Assembly (NCBI RefSeq): GCF_016127575.1
Contig: NZ_CP066018.1
Coordinates: 2,160,001 to 2,192,000 of the forward strand
DNA from: Cupriavidus necator
Lineage (GTDB): Bacteria > Pseudomonadota > Gammaproteobacteria > Burkholderiales > Burkholderiaceae
DNA length: 32,000 nucleotides
Direction: 5' to 3'
In this document: positions 1 through 14,243 of the stretch, piece after piece
Position numbering within the stretch: position 1 is the stretch's first letter
Layout: every line of letters begins with the position of its first letter
Translations under genes and position numbers: made by a program
The notes under the pieces: generated by a model
Told to the model about the DNA's origin: nothing
Seen by the model: only the letters and a program-made list of their open reading frames with translations
Database searches by the model: none

Positions 1-635
1 CGCTGTTCGTGTTCACCCATGACTCGATCGGCCTGGGCGAAGACGGCCCGACCCACCAGTCGATCGAGCACGTTGCCAGCCTGCGCCTGATCCCGAACAT
101 GGATGTCTGGCGCACCGCCGACACCACCGAGACCGCCGTGGCCTGGGCCGAGGCGATCCGCCGCGAGAACGGCCCGAGCTGCCTGATCTTCAGCCGCCAG
201 AACCTGCCGTTCCAGCGCCGCGACGACGTCACGCGCGCCAATATCGCGCGCGGCGGCTACGTGCTGCGCGACAGCGTGAACCCGAAGACCAACCGTCCGG
301 ACGCCGTGATTCTGGCTACCGGCTCGGAAGTCGGCCTGGCCGTCGGCGCCGCCGATGCACTGGCCGCCGAAGGCGTGCACGTGCGCGTGGTGTCGATTCC
401 CGCGACCACCGTGTTCGACAAGCAGGACACCGCCTACAAGGCCAGCGTGCTGCCGGCCGGCGTGCCGCGCGTGGCGGTCGAGGCGGGCGTGACGGACTTC
501 TGGTGGAAGTACCAGGTCCAGGCGGTGGTGGGCATTGACACCTTCGGTGAGTCGGCCCCGGCCGGCGTGCTGTTCAAGCACTTCGGCTTTACCGTCGACA
601 ACGTTGTCCGAACGGTAAAGGACACCCTTATCTAA
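1..635 (+). CDS. tkt: Transketolase, C-terminal part (5' end lies upstream of the window)
   Basis: Reading frame is open from the window edge (same frame as ORF 9..635). [20 protein letters not shown]...FSRQNLP... is the conserved transketolase pyrimidine-binding/C-terminal region. TAA stop at 633-635. Confidence 0.9.
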   Translation, partial: LFVFTHDSIGLGEDGPTHQSIEHVASLRLIPNMDVWRTADTTETAVAWAEAIRRENGPSCLIFSRQNLPFQRRDDVTRANIARGGYVLRDSVNPKTNRPDAVILATGSEVGLAVGAADALAAEGVHVRVVSIPATTVFDKQDTAYKASVLPAGVPRVAVEAGVTDFWWKYQVQAVVGIDTFGESAPAGVLFKHFGFTVDNVVRTVKDTLI

Positions 636-1718
<1,083 letters not shown>

Positions 1719-1741
1719 TCCGGCAGCTTCCGCAGTAAAGG

Positions 1742-1766
1742 AAAACGCGCCTTCGGGCGCGTTTTT
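1742..1766. terminator. Bidirectional intrinsic terminator between convergent gap and flavin reductase genes
   Basis: aaaacgcgcc-ttcg-ggcgcgtttt: 10-bp stem with an A-run on one side and a T-run on the other. Confidence 0.6.
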
Positions 1767-1787
1767 CATTTTCCGGCGCTGTGATAT

Positions 1788-2399
1788 TCAGCCAGCCGGG
1801 CGGGGCGCCAGTGGGCGCGCGTCGATTGCGTCGCCGTCCACCAGGAAATGGCCGCCAGCCACATGGTGGATGGTGCGCAGCGCATCATGGCCGTCGAAAT
1901 GCCAGCGCCCGTTGCTGAACACGCGCGAGTCCGCATGAGCGGCCACGACTTCGCCAAGGAACAGGTCGTAGGTCTGCTGCGTGGCCGGCTCCGGCAGCAG
2001 CCGGCATTCCAGCCAGGCCGCGCAGCCCTCCAGCAGCGGCGCGCCCACCGCCGTGCCGGCAAAGGTGCCAAGGCCGTAGGCGTCGAACTTGTCGGTGCCT
2101 TCCTGCTCCATCAGCGCCAGGCCCGAGCTGGAGCCCAGTGCCTCGGTCAGGTCGACCTGGCTGACGGTGGGGACCTGCAACACGAACTCGCCGCTGTCTT
2201 CCAGCAGGTGCCGGGTCCAGGTGCTCTTGTCCAGCACCACTGCCACCTTGGGCGGGGCGAAGTCGAGCGGCATGGCCCAGGCGGCGGCCATGATATTGCG
2301 CTTGCCGCCGGCGGCGGCGCTGACCAGCACAGTGGGGCCGTGGTTCAGCAAGCGGTAGGCTTTCGGGAGTGATACGGGCAGGCGGAAATGTTCAGGCAT
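1788..2399 (-). CDS. Flavin reductase-like (FMN-binding split-barrel) domain protein
   Basis: 203-aa ORF. LLNHGPTVLVSAA...NIMAAAWAMPLDFAPPKVAVVL fits the flavin reductase-like domain pattern. Codon third positions are GC-rich in this frame. Confidence 0.75.
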   Translation of the reverse strand: MPEHFRLPVSLPKAYRLLNHGPTVLVSAAAGGKRNIMAAAWAMPLDFAPPKVAVVLDKSTWTRHLLEDSGEFVLQVPTVSQVDLTEALGSSSGLALMEQEGTDKFDAYGLGTFAGTAVGAPLLEGCAAWLECRLLPEPATQQTYDLFLGEVVAAHADSRVFSNGRWHFDGHDALRTIHHVAGGHFLVDGDAIDARPLAPRPAG

Positions 2400-2534
2400 G
2401 ATGGCCGGGATGAGCCGTCAGAAAAGAATGATAAAAATGGGAACGGCGGACCCACTATACCCGGATGTACGAGTGCATGTTGCGGCGCGGGAAATGTTCA
2501 CATATGCGGTCAATTGTGGAAAAAGAGCGCAATT

Positions 2535-2571
2535 TTTCAGAAATATGGCGTAGACGGCCATTTCAGAAATG
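2535..2571 (+). promoter_or_regulatory. Two copies of a TTTCAGAAAT palindromic box upstream of the LysR (phcA-like) gene
   Basis: tttcagaaat occurs at 2535-2544 and 2561-2570. The second copy is a perfect CATTTC-A-GAAATG palindrome (2559-2571). Centres are 26 bp apart. The boxes lie in the AT-rich 2400-2694 intergenic region. Confidence 0.3.
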
Positions 2572-2694
2572 CCGAATTTGCTTTCCGAGCTTGTTTTTTC
2601 CTCTTACACTATTAAGACGCCGTTGAAATCTGATGTGCAGCCAGTGCAAGTGGTGGGGCCATCTAGCTAAGAATAATCTGACCGAGGCCTGATC

Positions 2695-3690
2695 ATGGTG
2701 AACGTAGACACGAAGCTTTTAGTGATCTTCACCGAACTACTGAGCAAGCGAAATGCCACTTATGTAGCGGAAAAGATGCATATGACCGCACCGGCCGTAT
2801 CGCACTCGCTGGGCAGGCTGCGTGAAATCTTTGACGATCCGCTCTTCATCCGCGTCCCGCATGGCCTGACGCCAACGCCGCGTGCGCTGGAACTGGGCCC
2901 GAAGATCCGCGACATGCTGGACTTGTGGTCGTCGATCAACGAGGGCGATGCCGACAATTTTGATCCGGCCATTGCCACCGGCACGCTGAGCATCGGCTTC
3001 GCTGCTGAACTGGGCGACACGGTATTCAACCGTTTTGTGCTGCGTATCAAGCAGCTGGCGCCGGACCTGCATATCAAGCTGGTCGAATCCCATTCGTGGG
3101 AAACGGACGTCGCCTCGATGCGCGCCAATGAACTTGACCTGGCCTTTTCGCCGTTCCCGACACGCCACCCGGAAATCGTCGAGGAAATGGTGACGTCGCT
3201 GAACCTGTGGGTTTGCGCGCGCAAGAGCCATCCGGTGCTCAAGAACCACTGCTCGCTGGAGCAATACCTGGATTGCGGCCATATCTTCATGGCGCATTCC
3301 GGCGGCTCCGGCCGCCCGGCGCCGTCGCTGATTCCGCTCGACTACGCGCTGCAGCAGCGCGGGCTCAAGCGCAATGCGACGCTGACGGTACATTCATGGC
3401 GTGCCCAGGCCGAACTGGCCTCGCAGACCGACATGATCTTCACCGTCAATGCGCTGACCAAGGACATGGCCTGCGAGACCTATGGCCTGAAGGCCTTCCC
3501 GCTGCCGTCGGAACTGAACACCATGCTCGGCCTGAACATGTTCTGGCACCGCAGCCGCAACACCCATCCGATGCTGGTGTGGGCGCGCAACCTGTTCCGC
3601 CAGGTGGTGGGCGAGTTTGTCGGACTGCCGCCGGCACGCCCGGCACGGGTGGTCACCGAACAGGACCTGCAAGACCTGCAGGCACCCTGA
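2695..3690 (+). CDS. phcA: LysR-type transcriptional regulator, probable PhcA orthologue
   Basis: 331 aa. ATG at 2695 with GAGG at 2684-2687. LysR winged HTH (TYVAEKMHMTAPAVSHSLGRLRE) followed by a LysR substrate-binding-length C-terminus. The N-terminus MVNVDTKLLVIF... matches my recollection of R. solanacearum PhcA, and a phcBSRQ-type operon is in the same window. The LysR call is secure; the PhcA orthology is unverified. Confidence 0.75.
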   Translation: MVNVDTKLLVIFTELLSKRNATYVAEKMHMTAPAVSHSLGRLREIFDDPLFIRVPHGLTPTPRALELGPKIRDMLDLWSSINEGDADNFDPAIATGTLSIGFAAELGDTVFNRFVLRIKQLAPDLHIKLVESHSWETDVASMRANELDLAFSPFPTRHPEIVEEMVTSLNLWVCARKSHPVLKNHCSLEQYLDCGHIFMAHSGGSGRPAPSLIPLDYALQQRGLKRNATLTVHSWRAQAELASQTDMIFTVNALTKDMACETYGLKAFPLPSELNTMLGLNMFWHRSRNTHPMLVWARNLFRQVVGEFVGLPPARPARVVTEQDLQDLQAP

Positions 3691-3718
3691 GCAGCATCCT
3701 GCGGCGAGCAGCCCAAAC

Positions 3719-3747
3719 AAAAAACCGGCGCCTGGCGCCGGTTTTTT
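3719..3747. terminator. Bidirectional intrinsic terminator between convergent phcA-like and fur genes
   Basis: aaaaaaccggcgcc / ggcgccggtttttt inverted repeat, with A-run and T-run flanks. Confidence 0.65.
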
Positions 3748-3783
3748 GTTGCCCGTCTGCGCTCCGCGGTGGAGCGTGCAGGC

Positions 3784-4215
3784 TTATCGTTTGGGTCTGT
3801 GGGGACAGTCTGTTTTGGTGCAATTGCCGTACAGCGACAGTGCATGTTCCTGCAGCGTAAAGCCGCGCTCGCGCGCGATGCTTTGCTGGCGGTGCTCGAT
3901 TTCAGAGTCGAAGAACTCCTCGACGCGGCCGCAGTCGAGGCACACCAGGTGGTCATGGTGCTTGCCTTCGTTGAGTTCGAAAATCGCCTTGCCGGATTCA
4001 AAGTTGTTGCGCGAGAGCAGGCCCGCCTGCTCGAACTGGGTCAGCACGCGGTAGACGGTGGCCAGGCCGATGTCCATATGCTCGTTCAGCAGGATACGGT
4101 AGACGTCTTCCGCGCTCAGGTGCCGCTGCTCACTGGTCTGAAAAATTTCAAGAATCTTCAGCCTGGGCACGGTCGCCTTCAGGCCGATGTTCTTGAGGTC
4201 CGCCGGACTCGGCAT
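3784..4215 (-). CDS. fur: Ferric uptake regulator
   Basis: 143 aa. [14 protein letters not shown]...[18 protein letters not shown]-binding domain. [11 protein letters not shown] metal-site motif. GGGAG RBS upstream of the ATG. Confidence 0.95.
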   Translation of the reverse strand: MPSPADLKNIGLKATVPRLKILEIFQTSEQRHLSAEDVYRILLNEHMDIGLATVYRVLTQFEQAGLLSRNNFESGKAIFELNEGKHHDHLVCLDCGRVEEFFDSEIEHRQQSIARERGFTLQEHALSLYGNCTKTDCPHRPKR

Positions 4216-4461
4216 GTGGGTGACTCCCTAGAGTACAATGACTGGATAGTTGAATCATAAGGGTTTTGGCAGCAAAAGTCGCTCGCGGTAGTGATGTCCC
4301 AGGTCGACGTCACGCGCCCGGCACGGTTGCCGTCCCATGTGGTTGTCGCGGCAGGCGCAACAAGGCGTGTGTGGTGCAATCGGCGCATATTGCGCCGTTT
4401 TTGTGCCCGCTTTGCGGTACCGTGCCGCGGTACTTTTCTTTCCCTCCCGGAAGCGAGATAC

Positions 4462-5085
4462 ATGCGTTCTATCCGTTCGTCCGCCATGCGCCCGACGCTG
4501 GTTGTCCCCCTGCTGGCCGCGGCCCTGCTGGCCGGCGCCTGCTCAGCCTACGATTCCACCTCGCGCAAGGTAGCCAACGCCATCACGCCGTACCGGATCA
4601 ACATCGTGCAGGGCAATTTCGTCTCGCGCGAGGCCGTATCGCAACTGCGCGAAGGCATGACGCGCGACCAGGTCAAGTTCCTGCTCGGCACGCCGCTGCT
4701 GAATGACGTGTTCCACGCCAACCGCTGGGACTATGTGTTCTCGTTCCGCCGCGGCAATACCCCGGTGGTGCAGCAGCGCCGCTTCACGGTGTTTTTCGAA
4801 GGCGACCGGCTGGTCAAGTTCAGTGGCGATGAACTGCCGTCCGAGTATGAGCTGATTGCCGAGATCGACGGCATGAAAAAGGCGCTGAAGGACCAGACGC
4901 CGGGCAAGATCTCCACCGGCGCGACAGCCGCCGCGGCCGCCCCGGCCGAAGCGCAGACCACGGTGGAGAACTTTGTGCCGCGGCAGGCGCAGCAGCCGGA
5001 GGCGGCACCCGCCCCTGCGGCATCGCCGGCCGCTCCCACCGAGGCAGCGGCGCCGGCCCAGGCCCCCAAACCGGCCGCCAACTGA
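4462..5085 (+). CDS. bamE: Outer membrane protein assembly factor BamE (SmpA/OmlA lipoprotein) with Ala/Pro-rich C-terminal tail
   Basis: In-frame ATG at 4462 gives MRSIRSSAMRPTLVVPLLAAALLAGAC, a lipoprotein signal with a lipobox. The BamE core reads YRINIVQGNFVSREAVSQLREGMTRDQVKFLLGTPLL. The divergent fur-omlA arrangement is the classic one. ORF 4291..5085 adds an implausible N-terminal extension. Confidence 0.85.
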   Translation: MRSIRSSAMRPTLVVPLLAAALLAGACSAYDSTSRKVANAITPYRINIVQGNFVSREAVSQLREGMTRDQVKFLLGTPLLNDVFHANRWDYVFSFRRGNTPVVQQRRFTVFFEGDRLVKFSGDELPSEYELIAEIDGMKKALKDQTPGKISTGATAAAAAPAEAQTTVENFVPRQAQQPEAAPAPAASPAAPTEAAAPAQAPKPAAN

Positions 5086-5994
<909 letters not shown>

Positions 5995-6044
5995 GGCGCC
6001 GCGGGGCGCGCAGGGCCGAAACTGGCCTGCCGCCACGGTTATAA

Positions 6045-8798
<2,754 letters not shown>

Positions 8799-8832
8799 GC
8801 TGGCCCCGGAACCTGACAAGGAATCGCCAAGA

Positions 8833-9348
8833 ATGAAGCGACTGAACATGGGGCGCCGCAAGGTGCTCGCGGCAATGCTGGCAGTGCCGGCAACGGGCCT
8901 GCTGGCCGGTTGCGGCTTCCACATGCGCGGCAACGCGGATTTCGCCTTCAAGCGGCTCTATATCGGGATTCCGGCCAATTCGCTGATGGGCGCGGACCTG
9001 CGCCGCGCCATCCGCGGCGGTTCCGACACCCAGGTGGTAGCCGACCAGAAAGAGGCCGACGCCCTGCTGGACGTGCTGCAGGACACCCGCACCAAGTCGA
9101 TCCTGTCGATCACGACCGAGGGCGTGGTGCGTGAATACCGCCTGACGCAGCGTTTCACCTTCCGCCTGCGCGACCCCGCCGGCAATGAACTGATCGCGCC
9201 GTCGCAGCTGGTGCTGACCCGCGACCTGACCTACAACGAAGCCAACACGCTGGCCAAGGACTACGAAGAGCAGCAGCTGTACCGCGACATGCAGCGCGAT
9301 ATCGTGCAGCAGCTGATGCGCCGGCTGGCCGCCGTCAAGGCCATCTGA
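8833..9348 (+). CDS. lptE: LPS-assembly lipoprotein LptE (RlpB)
   Basis: ATG at 8833 gives MKRLNMGRRKVLAAMLAVPATGLLAGCGFHMRG (lipobox LAGC). Conserved position between leuS and holA. AAGGA RBS about 10 nt upstream. Confidence 0.85.
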   Translation: MKRLNMGRRKVLAAMLAVPATGLLAGCGFHMRGNADFAFKRLYIGIPANSLMGADLRRAIRGGSDTQVVADQKEADALLDVLQDTRTKSILSITTEGVVREYRLTQRFTFRLRDPAGNELIAPSQLVLTRDLTYNEANTLAKDYEEQQLYRDMQRDIVQQLMRRLAAVKAI

Positions 9349-9355
9349 TCACGGC

Positions 9356-10414
9356 ATGCAGCTCAAGCTCGACGGGCTCGACGCGCACCTGAGGCAGGCC
9401 AAGGCCAAGGGCCTGGCACCGCTGTACGTGGTACATGGCGACGAACACCTGCTGGTGCTGGAAGCCGTCGACCGCCTGCGCGCCGCGGCGCGCGAAGCCG
9501 GCTTCTCCGAGCGCGACGTGCTGGTGGCCGAGCGCGGCTTCCACTGGGGCCAGCTAGTCGAGGCGCAGCAGTCGATGTCGCTCTTTGGCGACCGCAAGAT
9601 CGTTGAACTCCGCATCCCGTCGGGCAAGCCCGGCAAGGACGGCGGCGAGGCGCTGCGCGCCGTGGCCGCCCAGCCGTCGCCCGACGTGGTGCTGCTGGTG
9701 ACGCTGCCGCGGCTGGATTTTGCCGCGTCCAAGTCGGCCTGGTTCCAGGCGCTGGAAGGCGCCGGCGTGTCGATCAAGGTCGACTCCGTGGACCGCACCC
9801 GGCTGCCGGCCTGGGTCGGCGAGCGGCTGTCGCTGCAGCAGCAACGCGTCGAAGGCGGCGAGCCGGGCCGACGTGCGCTGCAGTTCATCGCCGACAAGGT
9901 CGAGGGCAACCTGCTGGCGGCGCACCAGGAAATCCAGAAGCTGGGGCTGCTGTACCCGCCCGGCGAGCTCACCTTCGACCAGGTGCACGATGCGGTGCTG
10001 AATGTGGCCCGCTATGACGTGTTCAAGCTGTCTGAATCGATGCTCTCTGGCGACGTGCCGCGGCTGGTGCGCATGCTCGAAGGGCTGCGCGGCGAGGGCG
10101 AGGCCACGGTGCTGGTGCTGTGGGCGCTGACCGAGGAAATTCGCGTATTATCCAAGGTCCGGCAAGGGCTGGCGGCTGGCAAGCCGGCGGGTGTGCTGAT
10201 GCGCGAACTGCGCGTCTGGGGCCCGCGCGAGCGGCTGGTGCCGCAGGCCGCGCAGCGCCTGGCGCAGCCAAGGCTGGAAGCGGCGCTGGCACTGGCGGCG
10301 CGGCTGGACCGCCAGGTCAAGGGCCTGTCGGACCTGCCGCCACCGGGCGGCAGCCCGCTGCCGGCGGAACCATGGGACGGGCTGCAGCAGCTTGCCCTGA
10401 TGATCGCGCGCTGA
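9356..10414 (+). CDS. holA: DNA polymerase III subunit delta
   Basis: 352 aa. [11 protein letters not shown]...[12 protein letters not shown]... is typical of the HolA N-terminal domain. leuS-lptE-holA synteny. Confidence 0.85.
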   Translation: MQLKLDGLDAHLRQAKAKGLAPLYVVHGDEHLLVLEAVDRLRAAAREAGFSERDVLVAERGFHWGQLVEAQQSMSLFGDRKIVELRIPSGKPGKDGGEALRAVAAQPSPDVVLLVTLPRLDFAASKSAWFQALEGAGVSIKVDSVDRTRLPAWVGERLSLQQQRVEGGEPGRRALQFIADKVEGNLLAAHQEIQKLGLLYPPGELTFDQVHDAVLNVARYDVFKLSESMLSGDVPRLVRMLEGLRGEGEATVLVLWALTEEIRVLSKVRQGLAAGKPAGVLMRELRVWGPRERLVPQAAQRLAQPRLEAALALAARLDRQVKGLSDLPPPGGSPLPAEPWDGLQQLALMIAR

Positions 10415-10502
10415 ACGCGCAACTCCACAGGTTTGCTTCCCCCGCCGCGTGCGGCGGGGGGACGGAAAACACACTGACGGCCACCACCCCAGGGCCACTG
10501 AC

Positions 10503-11783
10503 ATGAACGAGCTCGACCTCAATCAATACATGGACCGCGTCGGCCGCCAGGCCCGCGCCGCGTCGCGCGCCATGGCGCGTGCCTCCACGGCCGACAAGAA
10601 CCGCGCGCTGCTGACCATCGCCGCGGCCATCCGCCGCGATGCCGACAAGCTCAAGGCGGTCAACGCGCGTGACGTTGAACGCGCCCGCGCCAACGGCCAG
10701 GACGCCGCCTTCATCGACCGCCTGACGCTGTCGGACAAGGCCATCGCCACCATGGCCGCGGGCCTGGGGCAGATCGCCGCGCTGGCCGACCCGATCGGCG
10801 AGATCTCGAACATGAAGTTCCGCCCGACCGGCATCCAGGTCGGCCAGATGCGCGTGCCGCTGGGCGTGATCGGCATCATCTACGAGTCGCGCCCGAACGT
10901 GACCATCGACGCCGCGGCGCTGTGCCTGAAGTCGGGCAACGCCACCATCCTGCGCGGCGGCTCCGAAGCAATCGAATCCAACACCGCGCTGGCGGCGCTG
11001 GTGGCCGAGGGCCTGTCCGCGGCCGGCCTGCCGTCCGAGGCGGTGCAGGTGATCGAGACCACTGACCGCGCTGCCGTGGGCCGGCTGATCACCATGACCG
11101 AATACGTCGACGTGATCGTGCCGCGCGGCGGCAAGAGCCTGATCGCGCGGCTGATGGAAGAAGCGCGCGTGCCGATGATCAAGCACCTGGACGGCATCTG
11201 CCACGTCTATATCGACGCCGATGCCGACCTGGACAAGGCCGTGCGCGTCTGCGACAACGCCAAGACGCAGCGCTATGCGCCGTGCAACACCATGGAGACG
11301 CTGCTGGTGTCGCAGGACATCGCCGCCGCCGCGCTGCCGCCGCTGTGCCGCATCTACCAGGAGAAGGGCGTCGAGCTGCGCGTGTGTCCGGCCACCCGCG
11401 CCACGCTGGAAGCCGCCGGCTTTACCGGCCTGGTCGATGCCGCCGAGGAAGACTGGCGCCTGGAATACCTGGCGCCGATCCTCGCCATCAAGACCGTGGC
11501 CGGACTCGACGACGCCATCGCCCATATCAACGAATACGGTTCGCACCATACCGATTCGATCATCACCGAGAACTACTCGGCGGGCATGCGCTTTATCCGC
11601 GAGGTCGATTCGGCCAGCGTGATGATCAATGCCTCGACCCGCTTTGCCGATGGCTTCGAGTATGGCCTGGGCGCGGAGATCGGCATCTCCAACGACAAGC
11701 TGCATGCACGCGGCCCGGTCGGGCTGGAAGGGCTGACCTCGCTGAAGTACGTGGTATTCGGGCACGGCGAGATCCGCACCTGA
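10503..11783 (+). CDS. proA: Glutamate-5-semialdehyde dehydrogenase (gamma-glutamyl phosphate reductase)
   Basis: ATG at 10503 gives [25 protein letters not shown]. Aldehyde dehydrogenase-type core with catalytic Cys context ([16 protein letters not shown]). C-terminus reads [12 protein letters not shown]. Confidence 0.95.
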   Translation: MNELDLNQYMDRVGRQARAASRAMARASTADKNRALLTIAAAIRRDADKLKAVNARDVERARANGQDAAFIDRLTLSDKAIATMAAGLGQIAALADPIGEISNMKFRPTGIQVGQMRVPLGVIGIIYESRPNVTIDAAALCLKSGNATILRGGSEAIESNTALAALVAEGLSAAGLPSEAVQVIETTDRAAVGRLITMTEYVDVIVPRGGKSLIARLMEEARVPMIKHLDGICHVYIDADADLDKAVRVCDNAKTQRYAPCNTMETLLVSQDIAAAALPPLCRIYQEKGVELRVCPATRATLEAAGFTGLVDAAEEDWRLEYLAPILAIKTVAGLDDAIAHINEYGSHHTDSIITENYSAGMRFIREVDSASVMINASTRFADGFEYGLGAEIGISNDKLHARGPVGLEGLTSLKYVVFGHGEIRT

Positions 11784-11833
11784 CGCTCGCGCGCCAACAA
11801 CAATAACAATCGTTCTCGAACGTCTCTCTGCCG

Positions 11834-12256
11834 ATGCTCTGGGTCAAAGCGCTGCATATCGTCTTCGTGGTCTCGTGGTTCGCCGGCCTGTTCTACCTGC
11901 CGCGCATCTTCGTCAACCTGGCGCTGGAAACCGACGCCGCCAGCGCGCAGCGCCTGTTGCTGATGGCGCGCAAGCTGTTCCGCTTCATGACCATGCTGGC
12001 GGTGCCGGCGGTGGTGTTCGGTCTGTGGCTGTACCTGGGCTACGGCATCGGCCGCGGCGCGGGGCAGGGCTGGATGCACGCCAAGCTGGCGCTGGTGCTG
12101 GTGCTGATCGGCTACCACCATGGCTGCGGCGTGTTGCTGCGCAAGTTCGAGGCGGGGCGCAATACGCGCTCGCACAAGTTTTATCGCTGGTTCAATGAGC
12201 TGCCGGTGCTGGTGCTGCTGGCGGTGGTGATCCTGGTGGTCGTCAAGCCGTTCTGA
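11834..12256 (+). CDS. hemJ: HemJ-family protoporphyrinogen IX oxidase (UPF0093 membrane protein)
   Basis: 140 aa, 4 TM helices. N-terminus MLWVKALHIVFVVSWFAGLFYLPRIFV is the hallmark of the HemJ family. Confidence 0.8.
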   Translation: MLWVKALHIVFVVSWFAGLFYLPRIFVNLALETDAASAQRLLLMARKLFRFMTMLAVPAVVFGLWLYLGYGIGRGAGQGWMHAKLALVLVLIGYHHGCGVLLRKFEAGRNTRSHKFYRWFNELPVLVLLAVVILVVVKPF

Positions 12257-12301
12257 GCCTGGCGCCCGGTCTGTTGTTGCCAATCCTGTAGCGGAACCGA
12301 A

Positions 12302-12907
12302 ATGAGCAAGCTGGTTGACTATTACCTGACGCCGCAGTCGCCGTACGTCTACCTGGGCCATGCGCGCTTTGCCGCCATCGCCGAGCGCCATGGCGCGCAG
12401 GTGAACCTGAAGCCGTGCGACCTGGGCAAGGTGTTTTCCGTCTCCGGCGGGCTGCCGCTGTCGCAGCGCCCGCCCCAGCGCCAGGCCTACCGCCTGGTGG
12501 AGCTGGCGCGCTGGAGCGACTTCCTGGGCCTGCCGCTGCATCTGCAGCCGACGTTCTTCCCGGTATCGGGCGACGCGGCCAGCAAGCTGATCATCGCGGC
12601 GCAGCTGGCGCACGGCACCGCCCGCGCGATGCAGCTGACCGGCGCCATCGGCGCGGCAGTGTGGGCGCAGCAGCGCAATATCGCCGATGCCGCCACGCTG
12701 GCGCAGATTGCCGACGAGGCCGGCCTGGACGGCGCCAGCCTGCTCAGGGCCAGCGAGGCGCAGTCGGTGCAGGCGGCCTATGCGCAGAACACCCAGGACG
12801 CGATTTCGGCCGGCGTGTTCGGCGCGCCGTGGTACGTCCATGACGGCCAGCCCTTCTGGGGCCAGGACCGGCTGGATTTCCTCGAGCGCGCCCTGGCGGC
12901 GGCTTGA
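12302..12907 (+). CDS. 2-hydroxychromene-2-carboxylate isomerase family (DsbA-like thioredoxin fold) protein
   Basis: 201 aa. YLTPQSPYVYLG N-terminal motif and C-terminal GVFGAPWYVHDGQPFWGQDRLDFLE are typical of the HCCA isomerase/DsbA-like family. Confidence 0.8.
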   Translation: MSKLVDYYLTPQSPYVYLGHARFAAIAERHGAQVNLKPCDLGKVFSVSGGLPLSQRPPQRQAYRLVELARWSDFLGLPLHLQPTFFPVSGDAASKLIIAAQLAHGTARAMQLTGAIGAAVWAQQRNIADAATLAQIADEAGLDGASLLRASEAQSVQAAYAQNTQDAISAGVFGAPWYVHDGQPFWGQDRLDFLERALAAA

Positions 12908-12928
12908 GCTAAGCTTCGGATAGATCCC

Positions 12929-12955
12929 CGTCCGCTACGGCGGACGTTTTTGTTT
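12929..12955 (+). terminator. Intrinsic terminator after the HCCA-isomerase-family gene
   Basis: cgtccgc-tacg-gcggacg stem-loop followed by tttttgttt. Confidence 0.6.
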
Positions 12956-12971
12956 GCAGGAAACCCAACAC

Positions 12972-14225
12972 ATGACCCAAGCCTTCTTTGCCCCTTGCCC
13001 GCGCGGCCTGGAGAGCGCGCTCGCCGAAGAACTGCGCGAGATCGCCGCGATGCCGGGCATGGCCGCGCTGGCGCCGTTCACGGTGCACCAGGAGGTGCCG
13101 GGCGGCGTCAATTTCTCGGGCGAGATGGCCGCCGCCTATGCGGTCAACCTGCATTCGCGCATTGCCAGCCGGGTGCTGATGCGCGTGGCCGCGCGCGGCT
13201 ACCGGCATGAAGACGACATCTATACGCTGGCACGCGGCGTGCGCTGGGAGCAGTGGTTTTCGCCCGATGAATCGCTGCGCGTGGACATCACCTCGCACAA
13301 GTCGCCGCTGCGCAGCCTGAATTTCACCGCGCTGCGGGTCAAGGACGGGGTCTGCGATGCCCTGCGCGAGCGTGTGGGCGTGCGCCCGAGCGTCGATACC
13401 GCCAGCCCGGATGTGCGCATCTATGCCCACCTGACCGAGCGTGACTGCACGCTGTACCTCGACACCACCGGCGAGCCCCTGTTCAAGCGCGGCTGGCGCA
13501 CCGAGAAGGGCGAGGCGCCGCTGAAGGAAAACCTGGCCGCCGGCATCCTGCGCCTGGCGGGCTGGGTGCCGGGCCAGACCTTCCGGCCCTTCTACGACCC
13601 GATGTGCGGCAGCGGCACCTTCCTGATCGAGGCCGCGCAGGTGGCGCTGGGTATCGCGCCGGGCGGCAGCCGCAGCTTTGCCTTCGAATGGCTCAAGGGC
13701 ATGGACACCAAGGCCTGGCAGAAGCTGAAGTCGGACGCGCAGCGCGCCCGCATGCTGGCCTCGGCCGATGAGCTGCAGGTGGTGGGTTCGGACATCTCCA
13801 CCGACATGCTGGCGATCACGCGCGCCAACTGGGAGCGTGCCGGCCTGCCGGGCGAGGCGCGCACCAAGCAGGTGGATGCGCGCTTCGTGCAGCCGCCTTT
13901 TGATGAGCCGGGTTTGCTGTTGATGAATCCCCCGTACGGCGAGCGCATCGCGGTGCGCGGCCAGCGCCGCCTGCCAGAGGAAGCGATGCCGCGCGACGAG
14001 GTGGAGGAGGCCGCCGCCAACCAGTTCGCCAGTGCCTTCGCCACCACGCTCAAGCAGCATTTCGCGGGCTGGCAGGCGTGGGTGTTTACCGGCGACATGG
14101 GCTTCCCGCGCCGGCTGCGGCTCAAGGAGTCGCGCCGCACGCCGCTCTACAACGGCAATATCGAATGCCGGCTGTTCCGCTTCGACATGGTGCGCGGCGC
14201 CAACCGGGCGCCGCAGGCTGACTGA
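12972..14225 (+). CDS. THUMP-domain class I SAM-dependent RNA methyltransferase (RlmL/UPF0020-like)
   Basis: ATG at 12972 gives MTQAFFAPCPRGLESALAEEL. SAM motif I DPMCGSGTFLIEAA and catalytic NPPYGERI motif. N-terminal THUMP-like region. Confidence 0.85.
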   Translation: MTQAFFAPCPRGLESALAEELREIAAMPGMAALAPFTVHQEVPGGVNFSGEMAAAYAVNLHSRIASRVLMRVAARGYRHEDDIYTLARGVRWEQWFSPDESLRVDITSHKSPLRSLNFTALRVKDGVCDALRERVGVRPSVDTASPDVRIYAHLTERDCTLYLDTTGEPLFKRGWRTEKGEAPLKENLAAGILRLAGWVPGQTFRPFYDPMCGSGTFLIEAAQVALGIAPGGSRSFAFEWLKGMDTKAWQKLKSDAQRARMLASADELQVVGSDISTDMLAITRANWERAGLPGEARTKQVDARFVQPPFDEPGLLLMNPPYGERIAVRGQRRLPEEAMPRDEVEEAAANQFASAFATTLKQHFAGWQAWVFTGDMGFPRRLRLKESRRTPLYNGNIECRLFRFDMVRGANRAPQAD

Positions 14226-14243
14226 CGGCGCCGGGCCGCCGGG

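Noticed and set aside
2388-2615. 75-aa ORF inside the AT-rich phcA upstream region.
   Set aside because: Cys/Gly/Asn-rich with odd composition, no RBS and poor codon usage. More likely non-coding regulatory DNA.
4216-4270. Possible Fur box (autoregulation) in aatgactggatagttgaatcataa upstream of fur.
   Set aside because: There is only an ATGA-N13-TCAT symmetry and a poor match to the GATAATGATAATCATTATC consensus. That is not enough to call.
10439-10460. 10-bp GC stem (cccccgccgc / gcggcggggg) between holA and proA.
   Set aside because: No U-run follows it, so it is not called as an intrinsic terminator. It may simply be a stabilising hairpin within a leuS-to-proA transcript.
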